Shown here piece after piece: positions 7,753 to 16,617 of a stretch of DNA of 29,162 bases. The stretch spans positions 1-29,162 of IMG/VR virus record IMGVR_UViG_2563366805_000006. The stretch is one strand, 5' to 3'. The notes below the pieces were generated by a model that saw only the letters and a program-made list of their open reading frames with translations, was not told the origin of the DNA and searched no databases. Position numbers and translations under genes: made by a program. Position 1 is the stretch's first letter, and each line of letters starts with the position of its first letter. The DNA is from a virus (taxonomy: Duplodnaviria; Heunggongvirae; Uroviricota; Caudoviricetes).

Positions 7753-8495
7753 GCTGCCACCTCACCCGCTGCAACAGCGAAAGACCAGTCGCAGCCAAAC
7801 AGTAGACGATAATCATCGTCGCTGTATTCACGTTTAATTTCCTCAGGCGCAAAGAGATTGCACCCGCGCTGACATGCTGCATCCAGAGTGACCGACTGAC
7901 GCCAGACACCATCAGTGCAAAATACGCTGTCGCCGGTATTGATTCGCGGTGACGGTCGGCGCTTGCGAGTTGTGCCGTTCCATACCCTGAATGCTGCGTA
8001 GCTGTCTGATGGTGTGGTGAACATCGTCAGGCTGTGGCGTTTATGGCAGGCGATAGCCGCTGCGACTTTTGCCGCTCTTAGCGGGTTATTGAACCATCCG
8101 AACTCATCAAGGTAGACGTTACCAGCCAGCGCGGCGCAATGGGATTCCTCGCCGACAAAGCTGATAACCGCCCCGCCGTCGAGCTGCAGGCTGTGGCCGT
8201 TACTCGTCAGGCGGACGCCGACGCGCGCCGAAAGGTTGTTCATGTACATCAGCGCCACGCGCGCATGCTCAACGGTGTGAGCAAACCAGACCTGATTATC
8301 GCCCGTTGTCAGCGCATCGAGCAGCGCCTCGCGACTAAAGAGCTGCGTTGCGCCAATCTGGCGCGATTTGGTGATGATGCGGTCGATATTGAGTTTCCCG
8401 ACACGCAACCATGTTGCCTGATAGTCAAAGCTGTCATTGTGCAGAATATCGGCCATTGCCTGAATCTGGCTTTGTGAGAAAACGTTATTTTTCAT
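7749..8495 (-). CDS. Terminase large-subunit ATPase-core paralogue lacking the N-terminal region and the nuclease domain (extra gene between Q and P)
   Basis: 248 aa. Aligns to residues about 124-372 of the adjacent gpP. Deviant Walker A KSRQIGAT, Walker B YLDE (P: YVDE) and coupling motif TMFTTPS (P: TYFSTPS) are retained. Start overlaps the P stop (TAATG) and stop overlaps the Q start (ATGA). Confidence 0.8.
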   Translation of the reverse strand: MKNNVFSQSQIQAMADILHNDSFDYQATWLRVGKLNIDRIITKSRQIGATQLFSREALLDALTTGDNQVWFAHTVEHARVALMYMNNLSARVGVRLTSNGHSLQLDGGAVISFVGEESHCAALAGNVYLDEFGWFNNPLRAAKVAAAIACHKRHSLTMFTTPSDSYAAFRVWNGTTRKRRPSPRINTGDSVFCTDGVWRQSVTLDAACQRGCNLFAPEEIKREYSDDDYRLLFGCDWSFAVAAGEVAA

Positions 8496-10264
8496 TAATT
8501 AAACTCCAGAATGGATTTAGGCTGCATGCCGCTACCGGCGGAAAGTGGTTCGTTTAACAGGGCGTGCATGGTCGCCCATGCGATATCGGCGTGACTGGCT
8601 TCCTCGGTGCGGCTGGCCTCGTAGGTAGCGCTGCGCCCGCTACTGGTCATGGTTTTGCGGATGGACATAAACGACTGCGTGACGTCGGTCGCCCCGGCGT
8701 CGTACTCCAGACAGCCACGGCGAATGGTGTCTTTTGCCTTGAGCACCATCGCGGTTTTCATCTCAGGCGTGTAACGGATGCCGCGTGCCGCCGGGTAGAA
8801 TGAGCGCACCAACTGGAACACGCCGAGACCGAGGCCGGTTGCGTCAATGCCGATGTATTCGACGTTGTATTTCTCGGTCAGTTTGCGGATGCCCTCGGCC
8901 TGCGCGGCAAAGTCCATGCCTTTCCACTGGTGGCGCTCCAGCATGCGGAACTTGCCACCCGAGACCACCGGCGGCGCGAGCACGACGCACCCGGCGCTGT
9001 CGCCGGTGTGTGACGGGTCGTAGCCAATCCAGACAGGACGCGAGCCGAACGGATGGTCGGCGAACGGGGCGAAGTCCTCCCATTCTTCCATCACGTCGAC
9101 CATGCAGCGCTGCAGCTCCTCGAACGGGAATACCGACGCTTTATCGTCGACAAACTCGCACATAAACAGGTTATTAAAGTCCTCATCACTGTTTTCGCGT
9201 TTGAGCTGGTCGAGGTCGAACAGGGTGCAGCCACCGGCAAGGGCATCCTCAATGGTGACAATCTGCCGCCACTGGCCATCGTCGCAGAGCTGGCCACCGG
9301 CGAGCGCGCTGTGACTGATGTCGATTTCGATGCGGTCGGCAATCCGGCTCCGCCCCTTGTTGAACAGCTCGCCAGACCAGAAGGGGTAAGCGCCGTGCGC
9401 CAGCGTGGAAGGTGTCGAAAAGTAGGTTGAGCGCAGGTGCTTCTGCGAGGCCATGCCCGACGCGACTTTGCGCAGCTTCTGAAAATTCGGGATCCAGAAT
9501 ATTTCATCGACATACAGGTCGCCGTTATGGCTCTGCGCGGTGTTGGAATTGGTACCGAGAAAAATCAGCTTTGCGCCGTTGTTGCCGATGACAATCGGGT
9601 CGCCGGTCAGGTCGACGTCGACCAGCCGCGCAAACTGGATGATGTACTCGCGGAACACGTAAGCCTGAGTTTTACTGGCCGACAGAAATATCTGGTTGTG
9701 GCCGGTCTTGAGTGCGCGCAGCAGCGCCTCGCGGGAGAAATAGAACGTCGCGCCAATCTGGCGGGATTTGAGAATGTCGCGAATACGGTGCGCCAGCCCT
9801 GCGCGGTACCACTGCAACTGGTACTCGAAAGACTGGTCGAAAAATAGTTCCTCCAGTTTCCCGATAGCCTCGTCGCTGAAAAAGTTCTTTTTCGGCTTCT
9901 TACGCTCACCCTTGTTACGGTTGGCGACATTGGGGTTAAGGTCGACCTCGTTGCCGGTTTGGCTGTAGCGGTTAACGCGCGCCAGTCGCTCAATCTGTCG
10001 CCCGAGCAGGTCAATCTCTTTGAAGTCGCCGCCTGACTTTTGCGGCTTGGCGATGAGCTGAATCAGCCTGGCCTCAAGGCTGCTTTCGACGCGGGAAATC
10101 GGTGCGATGCCGTCCCAGCCGTCGCGCTGCTTCCAGCTCTGCACGGTCGGGCGCTTAACCTGCAGCATTTCGGCAATCTGTGGCACGGAAAAACCCTGCC
10201 AGTAAAGCAGCGATGCCTGCCGTCGCGGGTCATGCAACAAGGTTGTATCGGTGGAAATGGTCAT
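8495..10264 (-). CDS. P: Terminase large subunit P (ATPase plus nuclease)
   Basis: 589 aa (P2 gpP 590). ATPase motifs KSRQIGAT / LYVDE / TYFSTPS, then a C-terminal RNaseH-like nuclease region (VWIGYDPSHTGDSAG ... GIDATGLG ... HADIAWATMHAL). Confidence 0.95.
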   Translation of the reverse strand: MTISTDTTLLHDPRRQASLLYWQGFSVPQIAEMLQVKRPTVQSWKQRDGWDGIAPISRVESSLEARLIQLIAKPQKSGGDFKEIDLLGRQIERLARVNRYSQTGNEVDLNPNVANRNKGERKKPKKNFFSDEAIGKLEELFFDQSFEYQLQWYRAGLAHRIRDILKSRQIGATFYFSREALLRALKTGHNQIFLSASKTQAYVFREYIIQFARLVDVDLTGDPIVIGNNGAKLIFLGTNSNTAQSHNGDLYVDEIFWIPNFQKLRKVASGMASQKHLRSTYFSTPSTLAHGAYPFWSGELFNKGRSRIADRIEIDISHSALAGGQLCDDGQWRQIVTIEDALAGGCTLFDLDQLKRENSDEDFNNLFMCEFVDDKASVFPFEELQRCMVDVMEEWEDFAPFADHPFGSRPVWIGYDPSHTGDSAGCVVLAPPVVSGGKFRMLERHQWKGMDFAAQAEGIRKLTEKYNVEYIGIDATGLGLGVFQLVRSFYPAARGIRYTPEMKTAMVLKAKDTIRRGCLEYDAGATDVTQSFMSIRKTMTSSGRSATYEASRTEEASHADIAWATMHALLNEPLSAGSGMQPKSILEFN

Positions 10265-10429
10265 TGATGCCTCGCCGTAGTGGATTCAGGGCAAGGCTAC
10301 TTAATGGCCGTCAGTGATTCGCTAAGGTGCTGTTGTGTGGGCGGTTGTCCAGTCGTCATTGGTGGTCTGGTGTGTCCTGAGTCTGGAAACTGGCGGTGAC
10401 CAGTAACTCCAACCTCAGGACTCCTGACA
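10265..10429. promoter_or_regulatory. Divergent late promoter region (P leftward, O rightward; expected Ogr-dependent)
   Basis: Intergenic region between divergent late operons, as in P2. Inverted repeats TCCTGAG (10375-10381) and CTCAGGA (10413-10419). No perfect TGT-N12-ACA Ogr box found. Confidence 0.4.
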
Positions 10430-11284
10430 ATGGCAAAAAAAGTCTCAAAGTTCTTTCGCATCGGCGTCGAGGGTGATACCTGCGACGGGCGCATTATCAG
10501 CGCCAGCGATATTCAGGAAATGGCCGAAACCTACGACCCGCGCGTCTACGGTTGCCGTATCAACCTTGAACACCTGCGCGGCCTGCTGCCCGATGGCGTA
10601 TTCAAGCGTTATGGCGATGTGGTCGAACTGAAAGCCGAGAAGATTGACGACGATTCTGCGCTTAACGGCAAATGGGCGTTGTTCGCTAAAATCACCCCGA
10701 CCGATGACCTTATCGCGATGAATAAAGCCGCGCAGAAGGTCTACACCTCAATGGAAATTCAGCCGAATTTTGCCAATACCGGCAAATGCTACCTCGTCGG
10801 CCTTGCGGTCACCGATGACCCGGCGAGCCTCGGCACTGAATACCTCGAATTCTGCCGCAACGCGAAGCACAACCCTTTGCAGCGCTTTAAGGCCAACCCT
10901 GAAAACGTCTTTTCCGCTGCCACGCTGGCCGAGCTGGAATTTGAAGACGTTCCCGACACGGTGCTCAACAGCCTGGCCGATAAGGTGAAAGCCATTTTCA
11001 GCCGTAAGCAGGTCAGCGACGATGCGCGCCTGAATGATGTGCATGAAGCGGTGACCACCGTCAGCGAGCATGTGCAGACAAATCTGACCGCGCAGGATAA
11101 ACGCCTTTCCGATATGGAAACCGCGTTTGCCACTTTCAAACAGGAACTGACCGGCAAGGTTGAAGAAACCAGCCAGGCATTTTCCGCCCTGAAAACCACC
11201 CTCGACAAAACCGAAAGTTTCAGCCAGCCGCGACGCACAAAAGCCAGCGGCGGTGGCGGCGATGAGCTGCTGACCGACTGCTGA
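10430..11284 (+). CDS. O: Capsid scaffolding protein O
   Basis: 284 aa (P2 gpO 284). First gene of the rightward head operon. Confidence 0.9.
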   Translation: MAKKVSKFFRIGVEGDTCDGRIISASDIQEMAETYDPRVYGCRINLEHLRGLLPDGVFKRYGDVVELKAEKIDDDSALNGKWALFAKITPTDDLIAMNKAAQKVYTSMEIQPNFANTGKCYLVGLAVTDDPASLGTEYLEFCRNAKHNPLQRFKANPENVFSAATLAELEFEDVPDTVLNSLADKVKAIFSRKQVSDDARLNDVHEAVTTVSEHVQTNLTAQDKRLSDMETAFATFKQELTGKVEETSQAFSALKTTLDKTESFSQPRRTKASGGGGDELLTDC

Positions 11285-11359
11285 TAAAGCGCAGACCGAA
11301 ACAGGGCGGCAACCCCGCCCGATGCTGTGACTAACCGATTAATTCAAACAGGAAATACT

Positions 11360-12427
11360 ATGCGTCAGGAAACCCGTTTTAAGTTCAATGCCTATCTGAC
11401 CCAGCTCGCCAAACTGAACGGCATCAGCGTTGATGACGTCAGCAAAAAATTCACCGTCGAGCCGTCCGTCACGCAAACGCTGATGAACACCGTGCAAGCG
11501 TCATCCGCATTTTTGCAGATGATTAACATTCTGCCGGTCGCAGAAATGAAGGGCGAGAAAATCGGCGTCGGTGTGACCGGCACCATCGCCAGCACGACCG
11601 ACACCTCGGGCGACAAAGAGCGCCAGACCGCCGATTTCACTGCGCTTGAGTCCAACAAGTACGAGTGCAATCAGATTAACTTTGACTTCCACCTGACCTA
11701 TAAACGCCTCGACCTGTGGGCGCGTTTTCAGGACTTCCAGCGCCGCATCCGCGACGCCATTGTCCAGCGTCAGGCGCTGGATTTCATTATGGCCGGGTTC
11801 AACGGTACCACCCGCGCTGATACCTCAGACCGCAGCAAAAACCCGATGCTGCAGGATGTGGCCGTCGGCTGGCTGCAGAAGTACCGCAACGAAGCCCCGG
11901 CGCGCGTGATGAGCAAAATCACCGCTGAGGACGGTACCGTTATTTCTGACGTGATTCGCGTTGGCAAAAACGGCGACTATGAGAACCTCGACGCGCTGGT
12001 GATGGACGGTACCAACACCCTGATTGACGAGATTTATCAGGATGACCCGAAACTCGTTGCCATCGTTGGCCGTAAGCTGCTGGCCGACAAATATTTCCCG
12101 CTGGTCAACAAACAGCAGGAAAATACCGAGTCGCTGGCGGCGGATATCATCATCAGCCAGAAGCGCATCGGCAACCTGCCAGCCGTTCGCGTGCCGTACT
12201 TCCCTGCGAATGCGGTATTCGTGACCACGCTGGAAAACCTCTCTATCTACTTCATGGATGAGAGTCACCGCCGCAGCATTGATGAGAACCCGAAAAAAGA
12301 CCGCGTGGAAAACTACGAGTCGATGAACATCGACTATGTGGTCGAGGCGTATGCCGCCGGGTGCCTGCTGGAAAATATCACCCTGGGCGATTTCACCGCG
12401 CCAGCAGCACCGGAAAGCGGAGCCTAA
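11360..12427 (+). CDS. N: Major capsid protein N
   Basis: 355 aa from MRQETRFKFNAYL (identical start to P2 gpN). AGGAAATA RBS. Track ORF start at 11327 rejected. Confidence 0.95.
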   Translation: MRQETRFKFNAYLTQLAKLNGISVDDVSKKFTVEPSVTQTLMNTVQASSAFLQMINILPVAEMKGEKIGVGVTGTIASTTDTSGDKERQTADFTALESNKYECNQINFDFHLTYKRLDLWARFQDFQRRIRDAIVQRQALDFIMAGFNGTTRADTSDRSKNPMLQDVAVGWLQKYRNEAPARVMSKITAEDGTVISDVIRVGKNGDYENLDALVMDGTNTLIDEIYQDDPKLVAIVGRKLLADKYFPLVNKQQENTESLAADIIISQKRIGNLPAVRVPYFPANAVFVTTLENLSIYFMDESHRRSIDENPKKDRVENYESMNIDYVVEAYAAGCLLENITLGDFTAPAAPESGA

Positions 12428-12430
12428 ACC

Positions 12431-13180
12431 ATGACGAGCCCCGCACAGCGTCACATGATGCGGGTCTCGGCCTCTCAAGCCGCGCAGCGGGAGCAAGCCC
12501 CGCTGCGCCATGCAACCGCCTATGAGCAGATGCTGGTAAAGCTGGCCGAAGACCGCCGCACGTTAAAAAACATCCGTTCAAATGAGCGTAAAGCCGAGAA
12601 AAAGCGCGAGCTGCTGCCGTTCTATGCGCCGTGGGTCGCCGGTGTGCTGGCTGATGGCCGTGGTGCGCAGGATGACATTGTCATGACCGTCATGCTGTGG
12701 CGTCTCGATGCCGGTGATATAGCTGGCGCGCTGGAAATTGCACCCTACGCACTGAAATACGGCCTCACCTCTGACCATCGCCGCACGACACCTTACATGC
12801 TGGTTGAGGAGGTGGCACTTGCCGCACAGCGCCTGCGCGATGCCGGTGAGCCTGTCGACCTCGCATTACTGCTGACCACCCTCAGCCTGACCGACGGCGC
12901 TGACGTTCCCGATATGGTGCGCGCCCGTCTGCATAAGGTGACTGGCCTGACCCTGCGTGATGCCGGTCAGAACGCCGACGCGCTGGCGCAGTTTCAGCGC
13001 GCGATGCAGCTCGACCGCAATGCCGGTGTGCGCAAAGAGATTGAGCGACTGGAGCGCGCATTGAAGCCAAAGCCAGAGGCAGCACCCCGTAAAACGACTA
13101 AACCGCGCACGCGCAAACCTGCCACCAAACCGGCGGCAAAGCGCGGGCGTCCACCAAAGGCGGTAAAAACCGCCGGTTAA
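12431..13180 (+). CDS. M: Terminase small subunit M
   Basis: 249 aa (P2 gpM 247). Lys/Arg/Pro-rich C-terminal tail. Position after N. Confidence 0.9.
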   Translation: MTSPAQRHMMRVSASQAAQREQAPLRHATAYEQMLVKLAEDRRTLKNIRSNERKAEKKRELLPFYAPWVAGVLADGRGAQDDIVMTVMLWRLDAGDIAGALEIAPYALKYGLTSDHRRTTPYMLVEEVALAAQRLRDAGEPVDLALLLTTLSLTDGADVPDMVRARLHKVTGLTLRDAGQNADALAQFQRAMQLDRNAGVRKEIERLERALKPKPEAAPRKTTKPRTRKPATKPAAKRGRPPKAVKTAG

Positions 13181-13273
13181 CTGAACGCTCCCCGAGCCGG
13201 GCGGCACGCCGGTCAAAGCGGGTTTTGACCCTGACGGCGACCGGCGTCCACCGCCCAACCTAATGAGGTTGTC

Positions 13274-13783
13274 ATGACGACAGTAATACTGAATCAGCCC
13301 GACGAACCGCAGGACGTACCGGGCGTGGTGATTCCCGCACCGGAGACGGGCGACGCAGTGATTAAAAACACGTTCTTTTTCCCTGACGTGGATCCGAAGC
13401 GGGTGCGCGAGTTGATGCGCCTTGAGCAGACGGTTTCCGATGCGCGCCTGCGCAACGCCATCAAGACCGGCATGGCGGAAACCAATGCGGAGCTTTACGA
13501 CTACCGGCTGCGCCAGATTGCCGCAGGGTTTAAGCAACTGGCCGACGTGCCTGACGCCGAGGAAATCGACGGCGAGAATGTGCGCATTTTCCACTACCTC
13601 AGCGCCGTGACGGCGATGGCGACCGCCACCCTGTATGAGCGTTATCGCGGGGTTGAGGCCACCGGCAAGGGTGACAAAAAAGCCGACAGCGTCGAAACCA
13701 CCATTGATGACCTGTGGCGGGATATGCGCTGGTCGGTCTCGCGCCTGCAGGATAAGCCGCGCTGCATCGTGGGTCAGCTCTGA
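13274..13783 (+). CDS. L: Head completion/stabilisation protein L
   Basis: 169 aa (P2 gpL 169), collinear. Confidence 0.9.
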   Translation: MTTVILNQPDEPQDVPGVVIPAPETGDAVIKNTFFFPDVDPKRVRELMRLEQTVSDARLRNAIKTGMAETNAELYDYRLRQIAAGFKQLADVPDAEEIDGENVRIFHYLSAVTAMATATLYERYRGVEATGKGDKKADSVETTIDDLWRDMRWSVSRLQDKPRCIVGQL

Positions 13784-13986
13784 TGAAAGTCTACGCGATG
13801 CAGGGCGACACCCTCGACGCGCTTTGCGCCCGGTATTACGGGCGCACTGAGAACGTGGTCGAGACGGTGCTGCAGGCTAATCCCGGTCTGTCTGAGCTGG
13901 GCGTCATTCTGCCGCATGGCACGGCGATTGACCTGCCCGACGTTGAAACCTCACCTACGGCGGAGACCCTGAACCTATGGGACTGA
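13783..13986 (+). CDS. X: Tail protein X (LysM-like)
   Basis: 67 aa. MKVYAMQGDTLDALCARYYGRTE ... closely resembles P2 gpX. ATGA overlap with L. Confidence 0.85.
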   Translation: MKVYAMQGDTLDALCARYYGRTENVVETVLQANPGLSELGVILPHGTAIDLPDVETSPTAETLNLWD

Positions 13987-14198
13987 GTATGGAAAAAATC
14001 ACCACGTTTATCGCCTACTGGCTAGCCGTGGGTCTGGCGTATTTCGGGGCAATGTCACCCGAAAAACTGGCGCTGTATGTGGGTAGTCTGTGCGCCATTT
14101 TTACGGCGGCGGTGAATTTCTGGTACCGGCGCAAAACCTTTCGTTACCTGACCGAAATGGGAATCGACAAAGGGGTGACCCGTGAGCTCAATCGTTAA
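13977..14198 (+). CDS. Holin (two TM helices; possibly pinholin type)
   Basis: 73 aa with two hydrophobic segments (FIAYWLAVGLAYFGA; LALYVGSLCAIFTAAVNFW) and a basic C-terminus. Not similar to P2 Y. Alternative start at 13989. Confidence 0.6.
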   Translation: MGLSMEKITTFIAYWLAVGLAYFGAMSPEKLALYVGSLCAIFTAAVNFWYRRKTFRYLTEMGIDKGVTRELNR

Positions 14199-14694
14199 AC
14201 GTTGCAGTGTGGCCGCAGTGCTGGCGCTGGCGGCACTGATGCCTGATTTTCGTCTGCTGAATACCTCGCCTGATGGTCTGGCGCTGATTGCCGACCTTGA
14301 AGGGTGTCGCCTGACACCATACCAGTGCAGCGCGGGCGTGTGGACGTCAGGCATCGGCCACACTGCCGGGGTGGTACCGAAACGCGATATCACCGAGCGC
14401 CAAGCGGCGGCAAATCTGGTCGCCGACGTGCTGAACACCGAGCGCCGTCTCGCGGTTTGCGTGCCGGTCACTATGCCGCAGCCGGTTTACGACGCGCTGG
14501 TCAGTTTCTCTTTTAACGTAGGCACCGGCGCGGCCTGCCGCTCTACGCTGGTTTCTTACATCAAGCGTCATCAGTGGTGGCAGGCATGCGACCAGCTTAC
14601 CCGCTGGGTGTATGTCAATGGCACTAAAAACAAAGGGCTGGAAAACCGCCGCGCGCGGGAACTGGCGTATTGCATGAAAGGAGTAACCCAATGA
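14182..14694 (+). CDS. SAR endolysin (T4-lysozyme fold with N-terminal signal-anchor-release domain)
   Basis: 170 aa from a GTG start with AAGGGG RBS. N-terminal hydrophobic Cys-containing segment CSVAAVLALAALM, then catalytic E-8aa-C-5aa-T (LEGCRLTPYQCSAGVWTSGIGHT). C-terminal CDQLTRWVY resembles phage 21 R / P1 Lyz. Not the P2 K type. Confidence 0.85.
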   Translation: MSSIVKRCSVAAVLALAALMPDFRLLNTSPDGLALIADLEGCRLTPYQCSAGVWTSGIGHTAGVVPKRDITERQAAANLVADVLNTERRLAVCVPVTMPQPVYDALVSFSFNVGTGAACRSTLVSYIKRHQWWQACDQLTRWVYVNGTKNKGLENRRARELAYCMKGVTQ

Positions 14695-15122
14695 AAAAAT
14701 ATTTACGTTCCCTGATGTTCGATGCCCTGCTGGCACTGGTGCTGCTTTGGGGGCTGGCATCGCCGCAAAGCGCCGCCGTCAACTTTGTTGCCGCGTGGGC
14801 GCTGTTTGGCAGTTTCATCTGCATTACGGCGAGCGTCGCCGGTGTGGTCGCTTATGAGCACTGGCTGCGAAATACGGGCAAAAATATTCCCGTCAATCCA
14901 GACCTGATGAAAGTATTTCGCGCCGTCTTTTGCCGTAAGCCCTCTCAGGGGCGTCGGGCATGGTCTCTCATTATTTTCTCTGTTACCACGGGATGTTTAC
15001 TTGGGGCTGGCTGGATCCTAACGGCGCTGCTCTACCTGCTTTGTGTTCTGACCTTTAAGGCCGTTCGCGAGACTTACCGCCAGCGCATTGAGGGGGCTGG
15101 CCTGTGTCCAGATTCATTGTGA
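14691..15122 (+). CDS. lysA: LysA-like membrane protein (lysis timing accessory)
   Basis: 143 aa from ATG with AAGGAG RBS, ATGA overlap with the endolysin stop. About four hydrophobic helices. Confidence 0.55.
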   Translation: MKKYLRSLMFDALLALVLLWGLASPQSAAVNFVAAWALFGSFICITASVAGVVAYEHWLRNTGKNIPVNPDLMKVFRAVFCRKPSQGRRAWSLIIFSVTTGCLLGAGWILTALLYLLCVLTFKAVRETYRQRIEGAGLCPDSL

Positions 15123-15532
15123 TGTTTCTGGCCTCTGCGCTGGTACTGGCTGTGCTCGGTCTGCTGTGGTTGCGCCATGAGAACGGCAATTTATCCCGCT
15201 CCTTTGAGACGGCGAACCATGTCGCGAGCGAACAAAAGACGACGATTGGCATGCTGAAAAATCAGCTCAGCGTTGCCGGTCAGCTCGCCCGACGTAATGA
15301 ATCCGCGCAGGTGGCACTGCGCGAACAGCTCGCAAAGGCAAGCGCAGAAGCCAGCCGCCGTGAGCAGACGATAACGAGGTTACTTAATGAAAATGAAGCC
15401 TTTCGCCGCTGGTATAACGCTGCTCTGCCTGACGTTGTGCGTCGGCTGCACACCCGCACCGCCTGCGCCAGCGCCGGTGATTGTGGTCAGCGGATGCCCG
15501 AGGGTGAGCCTTTGCCCGATGCCGGGAAGTGA
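15104..15532 (+). CDS. lysB: LysB-like i-spanin (Rz-type)
   Basis: 142 aa from GTG with AGGGGG RBS (alternative ATG at 15122). N-terminal TM helix FIVMFLASALVLAVLGLLWL then a coiled-coil-like region. Confidence 0.6.
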   Translation: MSRFIVMFLASALVLAVLGLLWLRHENGNLSRSFETANHVASEQKTTIGMLKNQLSVAGQLARRNESAQVALREQLAKASAEASRREQTITRLLNENEAFRRWYNAALPDVVRRLHTRTACASAGDCGQRMPEGEPLPDAGK

Positions 15533-15677
15533 CCCGAAAACCAATGGCGACCTGAGCGCGGATATCCGCCGCCTTGAGGGCGCGCTTACCGCCTGCGCGC
15601 TGCAGGTTAAAACCGTCAAACACTGTCAGGATGAACTCGATGCAGAAGCACAAAAGCCTGCGCAAAGCGCTGATTAA
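15387..15677 (+). CDS. lysC: LysC-like o-spanin (Rz1-type lipoprotein), overlapped in the +1 frame of lysB
   Basis: 96 aa. Signal peptide with Cys cluster LLCLTLCVGC then proline-rich TPAPPAPAPV. Starts inside lysB and extends past it into the R start. Exact lipobox uncertain. Confidence 0.45.
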   Translation: MKMKPFAAGITLLCLTLCVGCTPAPPAPAPVIVVSGCPRVSLCPMPGSDPKTNGDLSADIRRLEGALTACALQVKTVKHCQDELDAEAQKPAQSAD

Positions 15678-16107
15678 TGCCGTGCCGCAGCTCCGAAACA
15701 ACCCCGATATGCTGCGCCTGTTTGCCGACAACGGCCATACCGATTCCCGACTGGCGAGCTCGCTGTCGTTTGAAAAGGTGTACGTGCTTAACGTGGTGGT
15801 GACCGACTTCACCGGCGACCTCGATTTGATATTCGTGCCGGTGCAGGCGTGGCTGCGTGAACATCAGCCGGACATTATGACCACCGACGACGGGCGGGAA
15901 AAAGGATTCACCTGGATTATTGATATCAATAACGACGATTCGCTCGATATCAGTATCAGCCTGAAGCTCACCGAGCGCACGCTCGTCAAAGAGGTCGACG
16001 GCGCGCTGCATGTCAGCTATGCCCCTGAGCCACCGCTGCCTGAGCCGGTGACGCGCCCGGTCGAGCTGTACGTTAACGGCGAACTGGTGAGTAAGTGGGA
16101 TGAGTGA
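15640..16107 (+). CDS. R: Tail completion protein R
   Basis: 155 aa from MQKHKSLRKALINAV, aligning with the P2 gpR N-terminus (same length). C-terminus YVNGELVSKWDE identical in style to P2. Confidence 0.9.
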   Translation: MQKHKSLRKALINAVPQLRNNPDMLRLFADNGHTDSRLASSLSFEKVYVLNVVVTDFTGDLDLIFVPVQAWLREHQPDIMTTDDGREKGFTWIIDINNDDSLDISISLKLTERTLVKEVDGALHVSYAPEPPLPEPVTRPVELYVNGELVSKWDE

Positions 16108-16549
16108 GTTAACCGCGCTGCAGGAACGCCTTGCCGGTCTGATTGCCAGCCTGTCACCGGCGGCGCGTCGGCAAATGGCGGCTGAGATTGCGAAAAAGCT
16201 GCGTACCAGTCAGCAACAGCGTATCAAGCGCCAGCAGGCACCCGACGGCACCCCGTATGCGGCACGAAAGCGCCAGCCGGTGCGGAGCAAGAAAGGTCGG
16301 ATTAAACGTGAAATGTTCGCCAAACTGCGCACCAACCGCTTTATGAAAGCCAAAGGCAGCGACAGTGCGGCGGTGGTGGAGTTTACCGGCAAGGTGCAGC
16401 GCATGGCGCGGGTGCATCAGTACGGGCTCAAAGACCGGCCAAACCGCAACGGCCGGGATGTGCAGTACGATGCCCGCCCGTTGCTCGGTTTCACCCGCGA
16501 CGATGAGCAGATGATTGAAGACGTCATTATCAGGCACCTTGGCAAATAA
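16100..16549 (+). CDS. S: Tail completion protein S
   Basis: 149 aa (P2 gpS 150). Overlaps the R stop. Confidence 0.9.
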   Translation: MSELTALQERLAGLIASLSPAARRQMAAEIAKKLRTSQQQRIKRQQAPDGTPYAARKRQPVRSKKGRIKREMFAKLRTNRFMKAKGSDSAAVVEFTGKVQRMARVHQYGLKDRPNRNGRDVQYDARPLLGFTRDDEQMIEDVIIRHLGK

Positions 16550-16617
16550 ATATTGTGTGAACCACCACCGGAGGCGCGCGAATTGGCGCGGTTCCAGACC
16601 AGAGGCATCCTTGCACT

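Noticed and set aside
8785-9513. Several Arg-rich ORFs on both strands inside P
   Set aside because: Overlapping frames of the terminase gene; the amino-acid bias is characteristic of out-of-frame GC-rich translation.
10265-10429. Looked for canonical Ogr box TGT-N12-ACA upstream of P/O, V and FI
   Set aside because: No exact match found by eye in any of the three intergenic regions; promoters are called by position only, and the consensus may be imperfect here or misremembered.
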